Source of the DNA: an uncultured Spirochaetaceae bacterium
GTDB lineage: Bacteria; Spirochaetota; Spirochaetia; SZUA-6; CAZLRN01
Direction of reading: 5' to 3'
DNA: 37,566 nt
Assembly: GCA_965371685.1 (NCBI GenBank)
Contig: CBDUZM010000001.1
Span: 1-37,566, forward strand
Of this stretch, positions 31,428-37,566 are shown piece after piece. Under the pieces are notes generated by a model. The model had not been told where the DNA came from and searched no databases. It worked only from the letters and a program-made list of their open reading frames with translations. Position 1 is the stretch's first letter. Each line of letters opens with the position of its first letter. The position numbers were made by a program, and so were the translations under genes.

Positions 31428-32933
31428 ATGGGAGAAGAAATTCGGAACATCACCCTGGACAGCATCGTTCCTCATCCGGGGAACAGGCGTGTGGGGGGAT
31501 TCGATCAGGCCAAGCTCGAGGAGCTGGCGCTTTCTATCGAAGCGGTGGGCGTCCAGCAGCCGGCGGTAATCAGGCCGATAATCCGGCGTCTGAAGGAAGA
31601 TAAGATGTATCAGCTCGTCACCGGAGAGCGGCGCTGGCGGGCGGCCAGGATAGCCGGCATGGCAGCCCTCCCCTGCGTGATCCGAGAGATAAGCGACGAA
31701 GCGGTCCTGAAGATCCAGACGATCGAGAACCTCCAGCGGGAAGACATTCATCCCCTGGACGAGGCGGAGGGCTACCGGCGGCTCATCGAAGAGGCTGGTT
31801 ACGACGTGGAGCATCTGGCCAAAGATGTGGGAAAATCCATTTCCTATATCTATAGACGTCTGAAGCTGCGCGAACTATCCGACAAGACACGCCAGGATTT
31901 CATAGAAAATAAGATGACTACAGAACATGCAATCCTCATCGCCCGAATTCCGGAAGAGCAACAGAAGAAATGCCTTGATTATATCTCAACCTATAGGGGT
32001 GGGTGTACGGATATTTCTGTTAGAAATCTTTCCAATTTTATCAATGGGGAATTTCTTTTAGATCTCAGCGCAGCATCCTTCAAGAAGGACGATGAGAAGC
32101 TATATCCGAAAGCCGGCGCATGTGTCGATTGCAAGAAACGAACAGGCCATAATCCCGATCTCTTCGAAGATCTCAAAGGGAAGGATCACTGCCTGGACTC
32201 GAAATGCTTCAACCATAAGCTCGACGAGATGATCAAACGTGGGCAGCGAGAACTCGAGGGTGAGGATCATTACGAGGTATACAAGGATTGGGTGGGCAAT
32301 CCTAAAAAGGAAGCGCTAAACGTATACGATTGGGAGGAATGCAAAAAGAAGGATGAAGGGGCCAAGCCGGCGCTGATCATCAGCGGAGTCCAACGGGGCC
32401 GGCGCACATATGCCAAGAAACGTGAACAAACTACATACAGCAGATTCGAGAATCCGGAAGATGAAGCGGAATGGAAAAAAGAGCAGTATGAGAGAGAGCT
32501 CAAGATTTCCGAGAATACAATCCTGAACACAAAGATCCATGACCAACTCATACTTCAGTATCGATTAGCAGAGAAGAAATGGGACAGGAATCTCGCTCTC
32601 TGCATCATCTTCCAATTAAAGGATATTTTATGGGGCGTGGATATTGACGAATTTTTAGAAAAATATTTCGTCCAGCTTCCGGAGAACTATGATGATTCGC
32701 AGCTGCAGGAGATTATGGAAAAACTTCCGGACGAAGATCTGGAAATGATTACCATCGAAATGCTCATACAGGGCGAAACGTTCACCAATCACGAGAGAAT
32801 GGAAGAAACCTTATTGTATCGATGGGCTCAGAATCGGAGCATCGATGTGAAAGCCTTACAAAAAAGCGCCAGGGAAGAGGCGGAAAAAAAGCTGGCCGAG
32901 AAAGAGGAGCCTGAAAAAAATGACGAAGCTTGA
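31428..32933 (+). CDS. parB: ParB/Spo0J-family protein (CTPase-fold N-domain) with a Cys-rich middle region
   Basis: IVPHPGNRR...LALSIEAVGVQQPAVIRP...YQLVTGERRWRAARIAG...IQTIENLQREDIHPLDEAEGY are the ParB boxes I-III. AAGGAG SD precedes ATG 31428. Confidence 0.8.
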   Translation: MGEEIRNITLDSIVPHPGNRRVGGFDQAKLEELALSIEAVGVQQPAVIRPIIRRLKEDKMYQLVTGERRWRAARIAGMAALPCVIREISDEAVLKIQTIENLQREDIHPLDEAEGYRRLIEEAGYDVEHLAKDVGKSISYIYRRLKLRELSDKTRQDFIENKMTTEHAILIARIPEEQQKKCLDYISTYRGGCTDISVRNLSNFINGEFLLDLSAASFKKDDEKLYPKAGACVDCKKRTGHNPDLFEDLKGKDHCLDSKCFNHKLDEMIKRGQRELEGEDHYEVYKDWVGNPKKEALNVYDWEECKKKDEGAKPALIISGVQRGRRTYAKKREQTTYSRFENPEDEAEWKKEQYERELKISENTILNTKIHDQLILQYRLAEKKWDRNLALCIIFQLKDILWGVDIDEFLEKYFVQLPENYDDSQLQEIMEKLPDEDLEMITIEMLIQGETFTNHERMEETLLYRWAQNRSIDVKALQKSAREEAEKKLAEKEEPEKNDEA

Positions 32934-33132
32934 ACCGTGCCCGTGTAATGGAAAGACGAAGCCTGTGCCGAAAGTCGAACGGAATGAGGCAGGAAAAAAA
33001 GTCTATGTCTTCTACTGCCCTTCCTGCCGGCGCAGAAGCGAAGCATTGTACAGCCCATTGAAAGCGATCTGGATATGGAACGACATGATCAGGAGCGAAA
33101 GGCTCGCTCTGCAAAAAATCAATAAGCGCTAA
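32920..33132 (+). CDS. lar: Lar-family restriction alleviation protein
   Basis: MTKLEPCPCNGK...YVFYCPSCRRRSEALYSPLKAIWIWN matches the Lar pattern (PCPFCG ... C..C ... A...WN). Confidence 0.65.
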   Translation: MTKLEPCPCNGKTKPVPKVERNEAGKKVYVFYCPSCRRRSEALYSPLKAIWIWNDMIRSERLALQKINKR

Positions 33133-33146
33133 CATAGGAGGGGAAC

Positions 33147-34112
33147 GTGGCACGGCCGGAACGTCATGACGCAGATTATTTTCCATTTTATTCCAAGGAC
33201 GGAAGGACGCTCTTTCTCCTGCAGGATAGATTCGGTTTGGAGGGGATCGGTTTTTTCACGAATGTTTGCCGTTTTCTTTGTGAGACTCCTGATCATCATG
33301 TATGCATCCAGGATGATTCGGACAGGATGTATTTTTATGCCAAGATCGGCATCGAAGAAAAGAAAGGAGAGGCCATGCTTGATCTCATGGCGAAAACTGA
33401 AAAGATCGATCCGGATCTCTGGGACAAGAAAGTCATCGCATCGGAAGCCTTCCTGGAAAGCCTGGCAGCTTTGTATGAAAGACGGTCCAATGAGTGCATT
33501 ACTATTGAGGAAATAAGGAAACGGTATGATGAAACTTCCCGGGAGAACATGATCGACAATGAGGATTTACGGGAACAGAAACCCACTTCCGAGGAGGTTT
33601 CCGGGGACATAAACCCCGTAAATGAGGATTACCGGGTACATAAACCCACTTGCGACGGGGTTTCCGGGGACAATAACCCACAAAGTAAAGTAAAGAAGAG
33701 TAAAGTAAAGAAGAGTAAAGTAAAGAATATCAAAAACCTCACGCCGAAAACGGCGTCTTCTGAAGAATCTTCTATTTTCAAAAGAGCTCAGATTCTCATG
33801 GAAGAGATCCACGGAGACACATATCTGAATTACAAAAAGGAGGCGCCGTGCCTTAAGAGATTCATCGAGCAGGTATCCAAGAAATCAAAACATGATCCAT
33901 GGGAGTTGATTGAAGCCATGATCTACCAGTTTGCCGAAATGAAGCAGCATGATCGAACTTCCAAAGGATATTGGCGTACCATGGATTTCACGCCGTGTAA
34001 ACTATTGTCCCATGCAGAAAATATTTATGAGCAATTTAAGCAGCGGACGAAAGAAGAAAAATTAACCAGTGAAGATAAGGAGCTGATAAAACGGCTATGG
34101 GGCGGGGGATAA
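33147..34112 (+). CDS. DUF4373-type replisome organiser / replication initiation-like protein
   Basis: N-terminal DADYFPFYSKDGRTLFLLQDRFGLEGIGFFTNVCRFL (Lin1244/Lin1753-like). GTG start after GGAGGGGA. Contains internal DNA repeats. Confidence 0.65.
   Translation: MARPERHDADYFPFYSKDGRTLFLLQDRFGLEGIGFFTNVCRFLCETPDHHVCIQDDSDRMYFYAKIGIEEKKGEAMLDLMAKTEKIDPDLWDKKVIASEAFLESLAALYERRSNECITIEEIRKRYDETSRENMIDNEDLREQKPTSEEVSGDINPVNEDYRVHKPTCDGVSGDNNPQSKVKKSKVKKSKVKNIKNLTPKTASSEESSIFKRAQILMEEIHGDTYLNYKKEAPCLKRFIEQVSKKSKHDPWELIEAMIYQFAEMKQHDRTSKGYWRTMDFTPCKLLSHAENIYEQFKQRTKEEKLTSEDKELIKRLWGGG
33558..33728. repeat. Intragenic tandem repeats: 2 x 63 bp then 3 x 15 bp (AGTAAAGTAAAGAAG); candidate origin iterons
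   Basis: The 63-bp units are 33558-33620 and 33621-33683. The 15-bp units are 33684-33698, 33699-33713 and 33714-33728. Confidence 0.85.
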
Positions 34113-34113
34113 T

Positions 34114-34632
34114 ATGGGAATCACGGTGCAAAAATATATGGAGTTGAGCGAAGGATATTTCGGGGAATATACTCCGGCTTTTTTCAGGGAGACCATCATA
34201 GGATATTTAGCTAAATGCAGTGATGTGTATAGAGAAAAACTTCTGAAAATCTTAGTCGACAACGAAAAACGCACTTATGGGCCGCCAGATATGGCAACGT
34301 TAAGAAGTTACGAAGAATGGATTCGCCCGGATATTAAGACCGTTCAGAAGTTGTTACCTCGGTCGGGAATTAAACCCGAAGATAGGACCTGGATGCAGAA
34401 ACACATCAAGCATTTATTAGATGCATTGGCTGCCGGCGACAAACAGAAATTAGACGAACTACATCTGATCGGGCTGAAAAGAGCCTGGAAAGATGGTGAT
34501 GAAAAACCAACGTTAGAAGCATTCGAGTTGGAGCGCCAGGGCCTGAATCTGAATAACGTGCCAGATTCGCTTAATGGTGATGAAAAACAAGACGAAATAA
34601 ACGATGAAATAAAATTACCTGGATTGGGATAG
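34114..34632 (+). CDS. Hypothetical protein (replication module)
   Basis: Compact ORF directly after the organiser gene. No recognisable motif. Confidence 0.5.
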   Translation: MGITVQKYMELSEGYFGEYTPAFFRETIIGYLAKCSDVYREKLLKILVDNEKRTYGPPDMATLRSYEEWIRPDIKTVQKLLPRSGIKPEDRTWMQKHIKHLLDALAAGDKQKLDELHLIGLKRAWKDGDEKPTLEAFELERQGLNLNNVPDSLNGDEKQDEINDEIKLPGLG

Positions 34633-34689
34633 ATATTGATATTTCCAAGATCGAGAAAAAAAAGAGCAAGTAAAGGAGGAAAAGAAGAA

Positions 34690-35400
34690 ATGAAAAAAGC
34701 ATGGATCACTACGGAACAATGGCAGGCCTGCGCCTTTCATGTGGATTTGATTAAGCTGGAGAGGAAACCTTGCTACCTGGGCATGGAGCTCTCGGCTTTG
34801 CAGGATATTACGGCAGCGGCTCTCTGCTTTCCCCCGCAATCCTCAAGGGAACGCTATCAATTTCTCTTCAGATTTTTCATACCTTCAGAAATCATCATGG
34901 AAAGAGAGGGGAAGGAAAAGATCCCTTTTTCATCCTGGATCAACAAAGGCCTGGTGACCGCGACTCCGGGGAATGTCACAGACTATGATTTTATAGAGCA
35001 GCAGATCCTCGAGGATGCGGAGAGATATGAAATCCGGGGAATCGCATATGATTCCTGGAAGGCTCCTGAAATTGTCAATCATCTTATGAACAAAGGATTC
35101 ACAATGATCCAGATCAATCAGACCTTTTCAGGCATGGCCAGGCCGACAGAAATTTTTAAAAAGAAGGTCCTGACCCGGGTAATCGCCCATGACGGAAATC
35201 CGATTATGAACTGGATGATTTCATGCACGGAGCTGAAAAGAAATAAGCAAGGTGAGGAAATACCGAAGAATCTGCTCTATGAAAAAAGCTATAAAAAAGG
35301 CACACCGATCCGCGACTGGCCGGAAAACAAGAGCAGGATCAAGGGCGTGGTGGCTTCGATCATGGCCCTTGGAATAGCGGTAGGACCGACGGAGAAATAA
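34690..35400 (+). CDS. Stand-alone paralogue of the terL C-terminal RNase H-like nuclease domain (no ATPase domain)
   Basis: AAGGAGGA SD precedes ATG 34690. The product aligns over its whole length with terL residues from about CYVGMDLSASQDIT to VVASIIAIG. Examples: CYLGMELSALQDITAAALCFPPQS..RERYQFLFRFFIP and GNPIMNWMISCTE. Confidence 0.75.
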   Translation: MKKAWITTEQWQACAFHVDLIKLERKPCYLGMELSALQDITAAALCFPPQSSRERYQFLFRFFIPSEIIMEREGKEKIPFSSWINKGLVTATPGNVTDYDFIEQQILEDAERYEIRGIAYDSWKAPEIVNHLMNKGFTMIQINQTFSGMARPTEIFKKKVLTRVIAHDGNPIMNWMISCTELKRNKQGEEIPKNLLYEKSYKKGTPIRDWPENKSRIKGVVASIMALGIAVGPTEK

Positions 35401-35410
35401 GATCAATTCA

Positions 35411-35920
35411 ATGAAGATAACGGCCAAGACGATCCGCAATGTAATCGCTTGCAAGCATAGCAAGGACCTGATTGTTCCTGAATGCAAAACAGGACCGACC
35501 TGGTTCAACGATAATCTTCGAAAATTGGATGTATGGATCCTTCGGAGATCATGGACACAGTTCGCAACCATTGGCTACGAGATAAAGATAAGCCGATCGG
35601 ATTTTCTCAGGGATAAAAAATGGCCCGAATATCTTCAATACTGTCATGAGTTCTCCTTCGTCTGCCCCTGGGGAATAATTAATCCGGAAGAGATAACTGA
35701 TAGTTCTGTGGGCCTCTACTGGATCAGCAAGAACGGGAAGAGGCTCTTCATTCAGCGCAAGGCTGAACATAGAGAGATCGAGCTTCCGGATCTTCTGATC
35801 TATCACATTCTAATGAGCCGTGTTGTGGTGATCCGTCCATACGATATTTGGAAGATTAGAAGCGAAAGAGATCAATTGAAAAAAGAAATGGAGGATCTGA
35901 AGAAGGAAATGAATTTATGA
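35411..35920 (+). CDS. PD-(D/E)XK-type nuclease (MmcB-like)
   Basis: LDVWIL...IGYEIKISRSDF gives a D ... E-x-K arrangement. Confidence 0.55.
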   Translation: MKITAKTIRNVIACKHSKDLIVPECKTGPTWFNDNLRKLDVWILRRSWTQFATIGYEIKISRSDFLRDKKWPEYLQYCHEFSFVCPWGIINPEEITDSSVGLYWISKNGKRLFIQRKAEHREIELPDLLIYHILMSRVVVIRPYDIWKIRSERDQLKKEMEDLKKEMNL

Positions 35921-36147
35921 ATGTCGACGAGAAAAAGCCTTTAAGAAAACCCCCGGAAAGCAAAGACGATTTCGGACGTCTTTACAATAAGGCGAAAAGA
36001 TTTGCAAACCGGCTCTGTGCATCCGAGAGACCAGAAGATCATGTTCATGGAATATGGATTCGATTGGTTTTGACTGGCTATCTGATAGGTGAAAACCGGA
36101 ATATGGTCTACAAAGATCTCAGTGAACTTATAGGATTGGAAGAATAA
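35917..36147 (+). CDS. Hypothetical protein
   Basis: ATGA overlap with the previous gene. Confidence 0.5.
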   Translation: MNVDEKKPLRKPPESKDDFGRLYNKAKRFANRLCASERPEDHVHGIWIRLVLTGYLIGENRNMVYKDLSELIGLEE

Positions 36148-36310
36148 GAGCTATGAGCTGGGTTGATACCATGCGCACATTAGACCATCCCCCATTTATT
36201 GTCTGGCTTCTGGTTTTAAAGGAGGTATTTTTTGTGCTTTTAATTTTTAAAGTTTTCACAAATGACTGGCTTGGCAGAAAAGGATTCAAGAAGAGGAGGA
36301 AGAAGAAGAA

Positions 36311-36610
36311 ATGAAAGATTTTCTATTAAATCAAATACAACAACTAGGCCCCATTGGCATCCTGCTGCTCTTCGTCGGCTCTTTCTTTGTCGGTATTTTT
36401 GTTGCGCTGATTATTACTGCAGAAAAATCAAAAATAAAATACACGTACTATGCCTCGCAGCCCTGGCGACAATCATTGGTCATAGCTCATCTGGGGCCCA
36501 AGCCGATATTCGCAATCATGTATAGCGAGGCCTTTATGCGGTTCCTATGGAGACGGCTGAAAAAACAATGGGCAAGGATCGAAGCAATAAAGGAGATCGG
36601 GAAGATATAA
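36311..36610 (+). CDS. Small membrane protein
   Basis: AGGAGGAAG SD. TM segment LGPIGILLLFVGSFFVGIFVALII. Confidence 0.55.
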   Translation: MKDFLLNQIQQLGPIGILLLFVGSFFVGIFVALIITAEKSKIKYTYYASQPWRQSLVIAHLGPKPIFAIMYSEAFMRFLWRRLKKQWARIEAIKEIGKI

Positions 36611-36876
36611 TGCCAGCACTTAATTACCAGGAGCAGCGGATGAACGAATATAAATATATCTATTTTACCGAAGTACTTCCTGAAAGATTGCATAAAACAT
36701 TTACATGGATTTGCCGGAATAAAAAGAGCGACGAAGAACTCGGGACTGTCAGATGGTATGCGCCCTGGAGACAATATTGTTTTTTCAACAGAGTACAAGC
36801 AGTTTACAGCGCCGGATGTTTGGATGATATTTCAAATTTCATTAAAAAATCTATGGAAGAAAGGAAAGAACCATGA
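36610..36876 (+). CDS. Hypothetical protein
   Basis: TAATG overlap with the previous gene (the ORF is open from 36547). Contains a W.CRNKKSDEELGTVRWYAPWRQYCF pattern. Confidence 0.5.
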   Translation: MPALNYQEQRMNEYKYIYFTEVLPERLHKTFTWICRNKKSDEELGTVRWYAPWRQYCFFNRVQAVYSAGCLDDISNFIKKSMEERKEP

Positions 36877-37274
36877 ATGAAAAAACTTTCGAGGAGTGGT
36901 CGATTCTGGAGCTGATGGGACATCGACGGCTTGCAGGACTGATTAAGGAGCAGACAATTGGCTCGGCATCGTTCATCCGCATTGACGTACCGGATGGGAA
37001 AGGCGGGTTTAGCGCCACGCAGTTCTACAATCCTGCAGCAGTCTATTGCATGACGCCGACATCAAAAGAAGTGGCCGAGCAGGTGGCAGCTCGAGACAGA
37101 CCGGAACCAGTGAGCCGATGGGAACTGCAGGCGCCGGATCCGGAAGAAAAAGTGTTGGAACAAAAAGACTACCACTACCTATGTATCGAATGCGGAGAAG
37201 AGATCAAAGGAAAGGTGCTCCTATATTCAAGTGGGCAAGCTTATCATTATCCCTCTTGCGAGGATCCAGAATAA
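36873..37274 (+). CDS. Hypothetical protein with C-terminal Zn-ribbon-like CxxC...C motif
   Basis: ATGA overlap. Contains ILELMGHRRLAGLIKE...FIRIDVP...FYNPAAVYCMTP. Confidence 0.55.
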   Translation: MNEKTFEEWSILELMGHRRLAGLIKEQTIGSASFIRIDVPDGKGGFSATQFYNPAAVYCMTPTSKEVAEQVAARDRPEPVSRWELQAPDPEEKVLEQKDYHYLCIECGEEIKGKVLLYSSGQAYHYPSCEDPE

Positions 37275-37566
37275 TGCTTGCTGTATTATGGAAAGGAAAA
37301 GCAATCTCAGTCAATCGTTGGCACGTGATACGAAATGTAAGGATCAGCGCTTCCCAGGAATATGAGAAATTCATCGACAGCCTGGCCTGGACGATCCGTG
37401 CGGAAACAAAAGGACTAAAATGCAGCAGCCTAAATCTCACTATCGACTCGAAGCTTAACCCCTGGTTCGATCATCAGAATCTGCTAAAACCGATCTGTGA
37501 TGCAGTGCAGCGATCGGGGCTTTTGGCGGATGACATGAAAATAAAGAGTATATGGCTGCAGGACGC
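37274..37566 (+). CDS. rusA: RusA-like Holliday junction resolvase, 5' part (runs off the window and continues at 1..149)
   Basis: TAATG overlap with the previous gene. Contains ...NPWFDHQNLLKPICDAVQRSGLLADD... Confidence 0.75.
   Translation, partial: MLAVLWKGKAISVNRWHVIRNVRISASQEYEKFIDSLAWTIRAETKGLKCSSLNLTIDSKLNPWFDHQNLLKPICDAVQRSGLLADDMKIKSIWLQD
37482..37566. repeat. Terminal overlap with bases 1-85 (82/85 identical)
   Basis: Direct comparison: mismatches at window positions 55, 75 and 83, with the first 54 nt identical. Confidence 0.95.

Larger units (their letters stand above)
1..37566 (+). mobile_element. Complete, circularly permuted temperate siphovirus-like phage genome (unit about 37,481 bp)
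   Basis: Full packaging, head, tail, lysis, lysogeny and replication gene set with no recognisable host genes. The window starts and ends inside one rusA-like ORF, and bases 1-85 recur at 37482-37566. Confidence 0.85.

Overview
The window is essentially one complete, circularly permuted genome of a temperate siphovirus-type phage. It begins and ends inside the same rusA-like gene: bases 1-85 recur at 37482-37566 with 3 mismatches, giving a unit length of about 37,481 bp. No host housekeeping genes are visible. Almost everything is on the + strand. In order: rusA tail; an unusual phased repeat array; a small membrane ORF; a ParB-like / methyltransferase / radical-SAM trio. Then HNH, terS, terL, portal (fused to an SPP1 gp7-like domain), prohead protease, HK97-type capsid, decoration-like protein and connector proteins. 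Then tail tube, G/T chaperones with a canonical -1 slippery site, tape measure and a 1115-aa tail/host-recognition protein. Then a lysis cassette (XhlA-like, NlpC/P60 endolysin, holin-like); a 450-bp non-coding region with phased repeats; DUF2958 + ArdC-like antirestriction genes; a tyrosine integrase. Then a short minus-strand lysogeny operon (RHH repressor + membrane protein) facing a Cro-like RHH gene, followed by excisionase-like and small Zn/Cys proteins. Then a ~560-nt highly structured non-coding stretch holding one canonical tRNA-Asn and two non-canonical tRNA-like elements. Finally ParB, Lar, a DUF4373 replisome-organiser-like gene with internal iterons, a stand-alone paralogue of the terL nuclease domain, a PD-(D/E)XK nuclease and the rusA head. 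All protein calls rest on motif recognition by eye, with no database search. Most worth a second look: (1) the 18/36-bp phased motif array at 161-493; (2) the tRNA-like / structured RNA block at 29977-30530; (3) diverged partial paralogues of late proteins sitting in the early region (terL nuclease domain with altered catalytic residues; tape-measure C-terminus); (4) a ~102-aa domain shared by two head proteins; (5) the phased 16-bp repeats at 23600-23699.
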